Positions 34,307 through 45,400 are shown, numbered from the stretch's first letter. The stretch: 46,418 nucleotides of DNA from Clostridiales bacterium UBA6330 (GCA_002438075.1 DJSQ01000188.1:1-46418), one strand, 5' to 3'. Numbers and translations: made by a program. Notes: generated by a model not told the origin, from the letters alone.

Positions 34307-34992
34307 GGACCATTGAGCTGATTCTGGAGGATAACAAGGATTACGGCACGCGCGAGGCGTTCAACACCCTGCGGACCAATATTCTGTTCAGCGGACGGGA
34401 TGTCAAAACCATCCTGATTACCAGTAGTGTTGCGGGCGAGGGAAAGAGCACGATCGCATTTGAAACGGCGGTCGGTCTTGCACGCACCGGCAAAAAGGTC
34501 CTGCTGATTGACGCGGACCTGCGCAAATCCGCATATGCAAGTCGTTATACAAAGGAAACGGGACTGACGGGCTTGAGCCAGTACCTCTCGGGTCAGCTGG
34601 AGCTGGACGGGGTGCTGTTTGCCACGCAGATTCCCACGCTGAACGTCATCTTCTCGGGACCCTTCCCGCCGAACCCGACCGAATTGGTTGGCTCCTCCGC
34701 CTTCGGAGAGCTACTGAACGCTGAGCGGGAGCACTATGACTACATCCTGATTGATACCCCGCCGCTCGGGTTGGTGATTGACGCGGCAGTGATGGCAACG
34801 GCGTGCGACGGCGCAGTGCTTGTGGTCGGCGCGGGAACGGTCAGCTATCACACGGCACAGCGTGTAACCGAACAGCTGAAAAAGAGCGGCTGCCGCATCC
34901 TCGGCGCGGTCCTGAACCGCAACCGCAGAGGGAAGCACAGCAAGAGCAAGTATTACACATCCTACTACGGAAAATACGCGGAAAACCAATAA
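34303..34992 (+). CDS. CpsD/CapB/YwqD-type BY-kinase (protein-tyrosine kinase)
   Basis: Walker A SSVAGEGKST, LLIDADLRK, Walker B YILIDTPP, C-terminal Tyr cluster KYYTSYYGKY. Confidence 0.9.
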   Translation: MRTIELILEDNKDYGTREAFNTLRTNILFSGRDVKTILITSSVAGEGKSTIAFETAVGLARTGKKVLLIDADLRKSAYASRYTKETGLTGLSQYLSGQLELDGVLFATQIPTLNVIFSGPFPPNPTELVGSSAFGELLNAEREHYDYILIDTPPLGLVIDAAVMATACDGAVLVVGAGTVSYHTAQRVTEQLKKSGCRILGAVLNRNRRGKHSKSKYYTSYYGKYAENQ

Positions 34993-35066
34993 CAATCATG
35001 GGGCTGTAAAACAACTTTTACAGCCCTTTGCCAATCCCGAACGGTTGGCGGAAAGGAGCACATCAT

Positions 35067-35606
35067 ATGAACATTTGGCATGATATGGACCCCGCACAGA
35101 TCAATGCCGCGGATTTTACGGCGGTGATCGAGATTCCGAAGGGGAGCAAATGCAAGTACGAGCTGGACAAATACACGGGGCTGTTGCGGCTGGACCGCAT
35201 TCTGTATACCTCCACGCACTATCCCGCGAACTACGGCTTCATCCCGCGCACCTTCGCGGATGACGGCGACCCGCTGGACGTTCTGGTGCTCTGCTCCGAG
35301 CCGATTTACCCGATGACGCTGATTCGCGTTTACCCCATCGGCGTGATGCGGATGCTGGACAGCGGCAAGATGGATGATAAGATTATCGCCGTGCCGTTTT
35401 CCGACCCGACCTATCTGAACATCCACTCCATCGATGACCTGCCCCCGCATATCTTTGACGAAATTCTGCACTTCTTCTCGGTTTACAAGCAGCTGGAAAA
35501 CAAGCAGACCGATGTCAAGAGCCTGTTCGGTCCCCGCGAGGCGGAAGAGATTGTAAAGCAGGCGATTGCGGATTACGATAAGCGCTTCTGCCAACATCAG
35601 AACTGA
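35067..35606 (+). CDS. ppa: family I inorganic pyrophosphatase
   Basis: VIEIPKGSKCKYELDK..G.L.LDRILYTSTHYPANYGFIP.T...DGDPLDVLVL...DDKIIAVP. Confidence 0.9.
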   Translation: MNIWHDMDPAQINAADFTAVIEIPKGSKCKYELDKYTGLLRLDRILYTSTHYPANYGFIPRTFADDGDPLDVLVLCSEPIYPMTLIRVYPIGVMRMLDSGKMDDKIIAVPFSDPTYLNIHSIDDLPPHIFDEILHFFSVYKQLENKQTDVKSLFGPREAEEIVKQAIADYDKRFCQHQN

Positions 35607-35637
35607 CGCTTTTTTGGGCGAAATAAGTAAAAACCGC

Positions 35638-35666
35638 TTGGCAAATCCTGTCAAGCGGTGTATAAT
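35638..35666 (+). promoter_or_regulatory. sigma-70-type promoter for the small hydrophobic-peptide mRNA
   Basis: TTGGCA (35638-35643), 17 nt, TATAAT (35661-35666). It predicts a ~125-nt structured 5' UTR. Confidence 0.5.
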
Positions 35667-35796
35667 AGAAAACGCGAAAGTGCGAAAGCACGGAAGCCGG
35701 GATGCAATGGCGGTTGATCGGTTCCCTCCGAGCAGGAGAGAGCAGATACGACTTTTGGTTGAACTCTCTTCTGCATAGCAGAGGGGAGGTGATAGC

Positions 35797-35904
35797 ATGA
35801 ACATATTCTCTATAGGAGAACTGATGCAGCTTTACAGCCTGTTTCTTTCGGTTGTTGGGTTGGTATTTGAAATTCTCAGCTATTACGACAACAAAAAGAA
35901 ATAA
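35797..35904 (+). CDS. 35-aa hydrophobic peptide with Lys tail, candidate type I toxin (holin-like toxin resemblance): MNIFSIGELMQLYSLFLSVVGLVFEILSYYDNKKK
   Basis: RBS GGGGAGGTG is 7 nt upstream. One predicted TM helix plus KKK. An own promoter and a convergent antisense promoter are nearby. Confidence 0.45.
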   Translation: MNIFSIGELMQLYSLFLSVVGLVFEILSYYDNKKK

Positions 35905-35989
35905 CCGCCCTCATAATCCTCTGAACAAGCTTTAGGGGGCGGTTATTCTTAACCGGGAGGGCGCTGACCAACCGCCAACGCATCCTTGT
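35892..35989 (-). ncRNA. candidate ~100-nt antisense sRNA (putative antitoxin) overlapping the 3' end and 3' UTR of the peptide mRNA
   Basis: The limits are predicted from the minus-strand promoter at 35996-36023 and from the minus-strand hairpin AATAACCGCCC...GGGCGGTTATT followed by TCTTTTTGTTG. Confidence 0.35.
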
Positions 35990-35995
35990 ACTTAT

Positions 35996-36023
35996 AGTAT
36001 ACCACATTTTCCGAAAATGTCAA
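35996..36023 (-). promoter_or_regulatory. sigma-70-type promoter firing toward the small peptide gene (antisense)
   Basis: On the minus strand: TTGACA, 16 nt, TATACT, with a TGg extended -10. No minus-strand CDS lies downstream of it. Confidence 0.5.
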
Positions 36024-36062
36024 GTCTTTTTGCGCATTTTCTTTTTTTATGCCGTTTTTTTG

Positions 36063-36989
36063 TTATGCGAACGGCAAGAGCATCAGCGGCAGGGTGATGA
36101 GACTGCACAGCGTGGTCAGAAGCACCACGTTGGCGCTCAGCTTCTGCTCACAGCCGTGGAGCTCCGCGAGGGAGAGAATGATGGCACCCGAGGGCGCGGC
36201 GCTGAGAACATAAAGGCTGATTTTGAAGGTCTCGTCAAAGAACGGGAGAAAGCATACGCAAAGGTAGGCAAACCACGGGTATACAATCAGCTTCAGCGCG
36301 CAGACAACGTAAGCAAACGGTTGCGTGAAAACGGCTTTGAGGTGCATGGATGCAAGCCGCTTGCCGAGAATGACCATGCACAGCGGCGTGGACATCTTCC
36401 CAAGCAGGGACACCGTGTCCGCCATCGGGGTCGGAAAACGGACCTGCAACAGGTAGAGCGGGATTGCAACCGCGACCGACAGCGTGGTCGGGTTCAGAAT
36501 TGCCGCCTTCAGGGAGATGTACTGCTTCTTTTGCGTGATGAGGAATACCCCGAGCGTAAAGACCAGAAAATTCATGCTCGTGATGTACATTGTGGAGTAG
36601 CAGGCAACAATGGGCTGGTCGGGGAACAGTCCCGTCACCAGCGGAAGCCCGAAGAAGCCGACATTCCCGAGCACCGCGCCAACCGTGAGGATGCGGTACT
36701 TTGATACTCCGTATTTGCGATGGAGAATCAGGTAGAGAAGCCCGAGAAAGAGCAGCTGCGTTGCAAGGCTGACCCCGAAGAACTGCGCCGCCTTTGCAAA
36801 GTCGGGGAGCGAATACTCCATCGACTGAAACGCCGAGAGGATCAGGCAGGGGGAGCAGACGTAGAGCAGAAGCCCCGAAAACGAGCGCGCATGGTCGGGG
36901 CTGGCTTTTTTGGTCTTGACCAGCACGAACCCGCACGCCATGTAGAACAGCATAATCAGAACATTGATAAAAACAGTTTGAACACCCAT
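36063..36989 (-). CDS. AEC (auxin efflux carrier) family transporter
   Basis: About 10 TM helices; N-terminal VFINVLIMLFYMACGFVLVK...FSGLLLYVCSPCLILSAF is typical of this family. Confidence 0.8.
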   Translation of the reverse strand: MGVQTVFINVLIMLFYMACGFVLVKTKKASPDHARSFSGLLLYVCSPCLILSAFQSMEYSLPDFAKAAQFFGVSLATQLLFLGLLYLILHRKYGVSKYRILTVGAVLGNVGFFGLPLVTGLFPDQPIVACYSTMYITSMNFLVFTLGVFLITQKKQYISLKAAILNPTTLSVAVAIPLYLLQVRFPTPMADTVSLLGKMSTPLCMVILGKRLASMHLKAVFTQPFAYVVCALKLIVYPWFAYLCVCFLPFFDETFKISLYVLSAAPSGAIILSLAELHGCEQKLSANVVLLTTLCSLITLPLMLLPFA

Positions 36990-37024
36990 GGTAGCTTGAC
37001 TCCGATTTCTGAAAAACTATCGGT

Positions 37025-37053
37025 AGTATACCACAAAAAGGAGAAAATGTCAA
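37025..37053 (-). promoter_or_regulatory. sigma-70-type promoter of the AEC transporter gene
   Basis: On the minus strand: TTGACA, 17 nt, TATACT. Confidence 0.55.
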
Positions 37054-37070
37054 GGCTTTTCGGAATTCGG

Positions 37071-38399
37071 TTACTTCCAGACATACAGATTGAGAAATTC
37101 CTGTATTTTTTCGGCGGGAATCGCATAGCCGAGTTGCGCGGATTCCGATCCTGCATAGTGAACTCCTATGACGGTCAATTCTGCGTTCAGTACAGCGCCG
37201 CCGCTTGATCCGCTGGCGGTATAGGCGGTGTGTTCCATGACGGGAAACGTGACATCACTGGAAGAAGAGGGGGTATTGCTGAGCGTAACGGTGGCATATC
37301 TCCGGATTTCACCGTAGGAAATGGTATTGGACTGCCCTTTCGGAGCGCCGACAGAGATGATCTGTTCTCCCTTTTCGGGGTTTTGCGAGGCGATAGGGAA
37401 TACCTTTATCTTGGAAGAATCCGCTTCAAAATAGAGACAGGCAAGATCATAATCCGGGGAAATGGAATGGAGATATGCACGGTAGGTTTGTCCTCTGTAA
37501 TCTTCCACCGTAATCTCCTGCTTGTCATAGGAGCGATTTGCTTTGGCAACATGACAATTGGTCAGAATATAGCAGGCATTGTTTTTGGCATAAAAGCAGA
37601 AGCCCGAGCCTTGCGAGGTAAGCGATGAGGTTTCGATTCCCAAAAAGGTGTTGTAGTTCTTGTTGTGTATTTTGAAAATTCCTCTGATTGCATCCTGCGA
37701 GATCTGATTCGTCAGGGAGGCGGCATCCAATTCAAATTTCGCATACAGGTTCAGATTTTTTGTGATCGGCTTGGAAAAATCGTATTTTGTATTGTATTGT
37801 GCGTCCGAATACCAACCGACAAAAATATAGTTCGTTTTTCGAGGGTCTTGCGGTGCGGAAACGGTTTTCCCTTCGGAAACGGTTTCCGTTTTGATTGTGC
37901 GGTTGTCGGAATGAAAGCTGACCGAATAGGTGCGCGTTGCTTCGGCGGTTGAACGGTGCTTGTTATTTTTAACCGCACTCCCTGTTTTCTGATTGGATTT
38001 TCCGCTTAACAGGACGTCAAAAGAATCAGCCTTGTCATAGAGTTCTTTACCAATAGAAATTTGAAAGGAAATTTCGGAATTAGCGAGCAGACCCAGTTTA
38101 TGCTCGCTTTTCAGCGTTTTCAGCAGGGAGCCGTCCTTTGAGTATACAAAAACGGTGGCGCTGTATTCGGTCAGCGAGCGCTTGCAGTATGCGCTACAGG
38201 TAATATTGTAGTTGGTGGTTGTGGAACCGTTCTGAACATTCAGAGCGGTGGAGGTGGTCCGCTTTGCGGTTACATTGTAGAATTCGTTGTCGGTGACGGT
38301 ATATTCCTTTTCGCTTTGACATCCGACCAAACCGAGTAGCAATGCGACAAGTAATAATAGGGACAGCGCACGAAAAGCGGCATGAAAATGTTTGTTCAT
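37071..38399 (-). CDS. lipoprotein with Listeria-Bacteroides (Flg_new) repeat and C-terminal trypsin-like serine peptidase domain
   Basis: Lipobox LVGC. YSVSFHSDNRTIKTETVSEGKTVSAPQDPRKTNYIFVGWYSDAQYNTKYDFSKPITKNLNLYAKF. Catalytic motifs TNCHVA and GSSGGAVLN. Confidence 0.8.
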   Translation of the reverse strand: MNKHFHAAFRALSLLLLVALLLGLVGCQSEKEYTVTDNEFYNVTAKRTTSTALNVQNGSTTTNYNITCSAYCKRSLTEYSATVFVYSKDGSLLKTLKSEHKLGLLANSEISFQISIGKELYDKADSFDVLLSGKSNQKTGSAVKNNKHRSTAEATRTYSVSFHSDNRTIKTETVSEGKTVSAPQDPRKTNYIFVGWYSDAQYNTKYDFSKPITKNLNLYAKFELDAASLTNQISQDAIRGIFKIHNKNYNTFLGIETSSLTSQGSGFCFYAKNNACYILTNCHVAKANRSYDKQEITVEDYRGQTYRAYLHSISPDYDLACLYFEADSSKIKVFPIASQNPEKGEQIISVGAPKGQSNTISYGEIRRYATVTLSNTPSSSSDVTFPVMEHTAYTASGSSGGAVLNAELTVIGVHYAGSESAQLGYAIPAEKIQEFLNLYVWK

Positions 38400-38433
38400 T
38401 ATGATTCTCCCTTATGTCAGTTTCTATAGAAGA

Positions 38434-38462
38434 AGTATATCATAAAAGGGGAAAGATGTCAA
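38434..38462 (-). promoter_or_regulatory. sigma-70-type promoter of the protease gene
   Basis: On the minus strand: TTGACA, 17 nt, TATACT, with a TGa extended -10. Confidence 0.55.
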
Positions 38463-38490
38463 TTCTTTTTCACTGAAAGAAAATACAGTA

Positions 38491-39822
38491 TCATTTTCTT
38501 TTTCGCTTTCCGAACACCTTTTCGGTCTCGGTGCGGATTTCCTTGCGGCAGGCGAGGAGGACGAAAAGGTTGATGGCAGTCATGGAGGCGATGGCGAAGT
38601 CGGCAACCGTCCAGGTTGCCGCGGGAGCGAGAAGTGCGCCGAGCGGGATGCAGGCGGCGAATGCGGCGAGGTAGAGAAGCAGGGGGAGCTTGCGCCGCGT
38701 CAGGGTGCGGACGGCTTCCCTGCCGTAGCCTGCCCAGCAGATGACCGTTGCATAGCCAAAGCAGAGCACCGCCGCGCAGAAGAACCACTTTGCCCAGGGT
38801 CCCAGCACGCCCGTGTAGGCGGAGATGGTCATCATCACCGCGTTGTCACCCCAGCACCTCACCGAGGGGAAGCTGACGAGGATGACCAGCGCGGTTACGG
38901 TGCAGAGCAGGATGGTGTCGGCGAACACCTCAAAAATGCCCCAGACCCCCTGCGAGGCGGGGGAATCGGTCGCGGCGCAGGCGTGCGCGGTGGGCGCGGT
39001 CCCACAGCCCGCCTCGTTGGAGAGTAGCCCGCGCATGGTTCCTACCCGCAGGGCACGGCAGGTCAGGAAGCCGAGAAAGCCCCCTGCGGCGCTTTGCGGG
39101 TGAAAGGCTTCCCGAAAGACCGAGGCAAGCGCTGGTCCCACCGCCTCCCGCCGCAGGACGAGGACCGCCAGCGAGAGGACCAGATAGCCCAGCGACATGA
39201 TGGGAACGAGGTATTCGGTCAGCGCGGACACCGCGCGCGGCGGGCGCAGGATGACGGGGACCGCCAGCACAAAAAGCAGTGCGCCCGCCGCAGGGAGCGG
39301 AAGCCCGAGCGTTCCGTGCAGGGCGGAGGAGACGGCGTTGACCTGAATCACGCATCCCATGCTCAACGCATCAAGGACGGTAAGCCCGCCGAACACGGCG
39401 GCAAGCACCGCCCCCGCGCGCGAGGGGAAACGGTCGCGGATGTAGCGGACGGCACTGCCCGAATGCGTGCCGTCCGGCGCGGTTCGGCGGTGCGAAACGG
39501 CAAGCAGAATTTCCGCATACTTGAGGACCATTGCCAACAGCGCCGAGACCCACATCCAGAACAGCGCGCCTGCGCCGCCGAGCCAAAGCGCGTTTGCCAC
39601 ACCGACGATGTTTCCCACGCCGAGCGTCCCCGCAAGCGCGAGCGTGACCGCACGGAAGGGGGACACGCCATCGGGACTGCTTTTGCGGGTCATGGCGCGG
39701 AGCATCCGCCGCGGGAAGCGCAGGGGCGCGCCGTGCAGATACAAGAGGAAGAAGCCGCCGACAAGGAGCAGAAGCGGCGGAATCGCGCCGCCCGTGAGAA
39801 GTCGGATAACCGTTTGTTTCAT
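38491..39822 (-). CDS. alanine/glycine:cation symporter (AGCS) family transporter
   Basis: SPFRAVTLALAGTLGVGNIVGVANALWLGGAGALFWMW is the signature region of AGCS/AlsT-type carriers; multiple TM helices. Confidence 0.88.
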   Translation of the reverse strand: MKQTVIRLLTGGAIPPLLLLVGGFFLLYLHGAPLRFPRRMLRAMTRKSSPDGVSPFRAVTLALAGTLGVGNIVGVANALWLGGAGALFWMWVSALLAMVLKYAEILLAVSHRRTAPDGTHSGSAVRYIRDRFPSRAGAVLAAVFGGLTVLDALSMGCVIQVNAVSSALHGTLGLPLPAAGALLFVLAVPVILRPPRAVSALTEYLVPIMSLGYLVLSLAVLVLRREAVGPALASVFREAFHPQSAAGGFLGFLTCRALRVGTMRGLLSNEAGCGTAPTAHACAATDSPASQGVWGIFEVFADTILLCTVTALVILVSFPSVRCWGDNAVMMTISAYTGVLGPWAKWFFCAAVLCFGYATVICWAGYGREAVRTLTRRKLPLLLYLAAFAACIPLGALLAPAATWTVADFAIASMTAINLFVLLACRKEIRTETEKVFGKRKRK

Positions 39823-39978
39823 TCTATCAACCGCCTTTTCGCCCCGTTTCGGGGTCCCTTTCAGTGTATGAAGCCCCGCGCGGTCTTATTCCGACGCGGA
39901 GACTGTCGATTTTAGCACTCCTACAGCCTGTAAAATTGCTTATTTTGTTAATAATATGTGAATATTGGCAAAAACCAC

Positions 39979-40006
39979 TTGATTTTTTTGGAAAAGAGGG
40001 TAAAAT
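39979..40006 (+). promoter_or_regulatory. groESL promoter
   Basis: TTGATT (39979-39984), 16 nt, TAAAAT (40001-40006), immediately upstream of CIRCE. Confidence 0.55.
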
Positions 40007-40018
40007 ATAAGCATAAGA

Positions 40019-40045
40019 TTGGCACTCGGAAGTTTTGAGTGCTAA
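40019..40045. promoter_or_regulatory. CIRCE operator (HrcA binding site)
   Basis: TTGGCACTC-N9-GAGTGCTAA compared with the consensus TTAGCACTC-N9-GAGTGCTAA. Confidence 0.88.
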
Positions 40046-40095
40046 TTCGGCCGAGTGAAAACGAAGTTAAATCAAGAGTCAAGGAGGAATATAAA

Positions 40096-40383
40096 ATGAA
40101 CATCAAACCGTTGGAGGACCGTGTGGTAGTCAAGGCGGTCGAAGCTGAAGAAAAAACGAAGGCAGGCATTTTCCTGACGGCATCCGCACAGGAGAAGCCG
40201 CAGGTCGCGGTTGTGGTCGCGGTTGGTCCCGGGGCGCACAGCGATGATGGCAAGCTGTTGCCGATGAACGTCAAGGTTGGCGACAGAGTCATCACGTCCA
40301 AGTACACAGGAACCGAAATCAAGATGGACGGTGTGGAATACAACATCGTCAAGCAGAGCGACATTCTCGCAATCGTGGAATAA
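40096..40383 (+). CDS. groES: co-chaperonin GroES
   Basis: MNIKPLEDRVVVKAVEAEEKTKAGIFL...; RBS AAGGAGGAA upstream. Confidence 0.95.
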   Translation: MNIKPLEDRVVVKAVEAEEKTKAGIFLTASAQEKPQVAVVVAVGPGAHSDDGKLLPMNVKVGDRVITSKYTGTEIKMDGVEYNIVKQSDILAIVE

Positions 40384-42033
<1,650 letters not shown>

Positions 42034-42106
42034 AAAATAAGGTCGCGGGGCTTTGCCCCGCACCCCACTTAGGGACTTCTTGAAAGAAGTCCCTAAGAAC
42101 CTCAAG

Positions 42107-42172
42107 AACTTCCCCCGAAGGGCAGGATTTCGCTTTGCGGAATCCAGCCCTTCGGGGGAAGTTTGGGTTTTT
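42107..42172 (+). terminator. groESL terminator (long compound hairpin plus U-tract)
   Basis: AACTTCCCCCGAAGGGC (42107-42123) / GCCCTTCGGGGGAAGTT (42147-42163), with the inner hairpin GGATTTCGC-ttt-GCGGAATCC, followed by TGGGTTTTT. Confidence 0.75.
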
Positions 42173-42265
42173 AAGGGATTTTCGAGAGGTTCCCGAATTG
42201 GGTCGCGGGGCAAAGCCTGCGGCTTTTTCTTTGGTACTTTTTTCTTGGGAAAATCAGCGCAGGTG

Positions 42266-42294
42266 TTGACAATTTCGGGGCGGTATGCTATACT
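42266..42294 (+). promoter_or_regulatory. sigma-70-type promoter of the Cys-rich lipoprotein gene
   Basis: TTGACA (42266-42271), 17 nt, TATACT (42289-42294), with a TGc extended -10. Confidence 0.6.
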
Positions 42295-42401
42295 ATAATA
42301 AAGTGCTAAAGTATGGAGAGGGGTGACAGAAGACGATGTAGCAAGATTGTCCGGCGAAAAACAGGAGAAGAACCGAACAACCGAAAAACAGGAGGGAAGC
42401 C

Positions 42402-45400
42402 ATGAAAAACAGGAGAAGATGTTTGGTCGGTATTTTGTGTGCGGTGGCGGCATTGCTTTGCGTGCTGGGGCTGTCCGCGTGCAAAAAGAAAGGACACGTG
42501 CACGAGTGGGGCGAATGGGAGGTTATAAAGGAACCGACCTGCTCCGAGGAAGGCAAGCGGATGCGCACCTGCTCGGGCTGTACCGAGGCAGAGACGGAAG
42601 CGATTGAGAAAATCGCGCACACCTACGATGTGGAGCGCATTTCGGACGAGGCGCTGAAAAGCGCGGCAACCTGCACGGGTGCGGCGGTCTATTATAAGTC
42701 CTGCGCCTGCGGTGCGGTCAGCACGAGCGAGGACGACACGTTTACATACGGTGAGGCTCTTGCGCACACCTACGACAAAGAAGTTGTATCTGATAAAACG
42801 CTGAAAACAGTGGCAATCTGCACGGGTGCGGCGGTCTATTATAAGTCCTGCGCCTGCGGTGCGGTCAGCACGAGTGAGGATGACACGTTTACATACGGTG
42901 AGCGTGCGATGCACCAATTCGACAAAGGGGTCTGCACGGTTTGCGGTCATGTTGGGTGCGACCACAAGACCTTGCACACCAAGACGCTGGACCTGCACGA
43001 GCTGGGGCTGTGTGCGTCGGTGTTTACCTACAGAATCTGCGACTGCGGGACCGTTGTGGAAACGGACGATGACTTCCTTGACAATCTGAACTGCTCCATC
43101 GACAATGAAGCTTGGAATGCGGCATTCCCCGAAAGCGAAGCCGAAAAAGGCGAGGTCCACGGCACGGTAACCTGTGAGAAATGCGGGCTGAATGTTGAAA
43201 TCACCATGCAGTTCACCGAGGATGGATGCCTGTTCCGCTCGCGCTATGTCATCACGCTGAAAAAGGACGACAAGGTTTTGCTTGACCATGCCGTGTCAAT
43301 CTACGAGAACCACGACCACTTTGAGGTGCGCGCGGAAATTCCGCTTCCCTCTGCGGACGGTTTTTGCGGCGGAACGCTGGCGGTGCTGAAATGCAAGTAC
43401 TGCGGAGAGATTACAAAGAAGCTCGCGCTCAAGCCGACCTGCAAGTTTGATTTCGTGCACGGATTGACCAATACCGAGGAGACCGATGCAAACGGCGTGA
43501 AGCACACGATTGCCCGCGGCGTTTGCCCCGATTGCGGACTGACCAAGGAGTTTGACGCTTGGGTCGAAAAGGACGGTTGCGATGAGGTTTCCTTCACGGC
43601 GGAAAGAATCTACCGTGGGGACAAGATGCTTCTGTCAATGATAGACGAAGATTTGCAGAAGTCTCATAACTTTGTCCCGACCTACGAGGCACTCGGTGAA
43701 GGCAGCTGCTATGAGGACGGCATGAAGACAACCTATCGGTGCACGACCTGCAACCTGTCGGTATATTCCTATGAGTATCAACATGCCTCGGTGACCGAAG
43801 TTATCAAGATCAAAGAGCTCGGCGGTTGCGATACACAGATATCTGTGTGGCATTGCATGGCGTGTGGGGAGGTTATTTCTTTCAGTCCGGAATGGGACGT
43901 GCGGCAGAACAATTGCCAAATGGAGGAGACCTCTCAGACCTACACCAAGGACGGTGTGGAGCACACGGTCACAACCAACACCTGCTCGGAGTGCGGGCTA
44001 CAGATTATTGTGGACGCATGGGAGATTCTGCACGGCAAAAACGGCGGATGCGGCTATACGGATTATGAATCGTACCGTGTCATTTACGGTGAGCAGACGC
44101 TGATTTCGTATCAGGGTACGGTTGATGACGGAATCAGGCATGATTGGGACGAGGAGAACGCCATTTACGAATGCGACCCCGACATGGCGTGCGAGGACGG
44201 TTACTACAACGTAGTGCTGACCTGCAAACGGTGCGGTGAAAAGCAAACAATGATGCTGTATGGGCATGACAAGGACGATTTTGGAATCGAACTGGACGAT
44301 TACGGATGCGGCGGATATGTTGGCGGATGGCTTTGCAGGAGATGCGGCGATCTTTATTCCGACATTTGGAATTTTGATTGTGAGAAAAACGGGACGCTTG
44401 TCTGGAGCGAAACGCCTGTGGAAACAACCGACAAGAACGGGCTTGTTCACAAGACGTGGACCGGAACCTGTAGTGCGTGCGGCTTGCAGTTCATTCGGGA
44501 AGAGTGGGCAGAGAAAGAGGACGCATTCGGATGCAGAACGAAATACTATGTGGCTTATCAAATCCTCAAGGATGACGAGGTGATTCTCAAATTCCACTCG
44601 GATGAGGTGGTGGATAAGCACAACGATGATGAGCACATGAAGACCGTGTATGACCGCGAGGGCGCTTGCGAGGACGGCTATTACAAAACCTCCTATTGCC
44701 CGACGTGCGGACTTGCAAGTGCCGATCATATGGAAGGACATAAGGAGGCGTATCGGTCGATTGACGCAAAGGAGCTGGGCTTCTGTCATGGCTCTTTCAA
44801 CGAGAGGTATTGTGTTGTCTGCGGAGAAATCCAATATCAACAAGATCAATTGGAGTGCGACTTTGTCGAAGACGAAGGCTCGGACGGCAAGTCCAAAACC
44901 TGCTCGGTGTGCGGCGCGAAGGTTCTGTACGTTGACAAGGACGAGGAGATCGACCCCTGCCATTTGATCGTGATTTCCGAGGATCACTATATCAATAAAA
45001 ACGGTGAAGATGTCTATGTCATTGAGTATCAAAGCCGCTTCACAACGCACAAGGAGGAGTATGATTTTGAGTTTTATGGAACCTCCTGCTCCGAAGGCTA
45101 TCGGGTGCGTAAGGTTTGCAGTGTGTGCGGTGAGACGACCAAAGATTGGGTGGAGAAGCCTGACCACCGTCTGTTCGACCACGAAGCGTATGAAGATTTG
45201 TTCGTTTGGGACAATGTAGAGGGCGTATGCGAGAGCCATGTCGGGGCAGTCAAAATTAAAGGATGCGCTTGTGGCTTCTTGTTCTATTTCGAGCAGGGTG
45301 ACTTGGTATATGACCAAGCTACCAAGACCTACGGTTGCTCGGAATGCGCGCTGAAGCTCGTGCAAACGGTGACCGAAGACACGGACGGATGCAAGAAGAC

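Noticed and set aside
35985-38470. Repeated intergenic motif AGTATA(C/T)CA..(N)..ATGTCAA..CTTTT at three sites (about 35996, 37025 and 38434), first suspected to be a dispersed repeat or mobile-element end
   Set aside because: The reverse complement is simply TTGACA-16/17-TATACT with an extended -10, i.e. consensus minus-strand promoters. The first one is still interesting because it has no CDS to drive (see the type I TA finding).
39911-39920. Second CIRCE element (TTAGCACTC half-site) upstream of groES
   Set aside because: Only one half-site is present; the partner at N9 (GTAAAATTG) does not match. On the minus strand it overlaps a TGcTAAAAT extended -10 that probably belongs to the AGCS transporter gene.
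42053-42298. 81-aa ORF in the groEL-downstream spacer
   Set aside because: It is made entirely of terminator and palindrome sequence, has no RBS, and runs into the promoter of the next gene. I treat it as non-coding.
42614-42907. Tandem 147-bp repeat considered as a DGR template/variable repeat pair
   Set aside because: There is no reverse transcriptase in the window, both copies are in-frame parts of one gene, and the two mismatches are C/T changes rather than adenine-specific.
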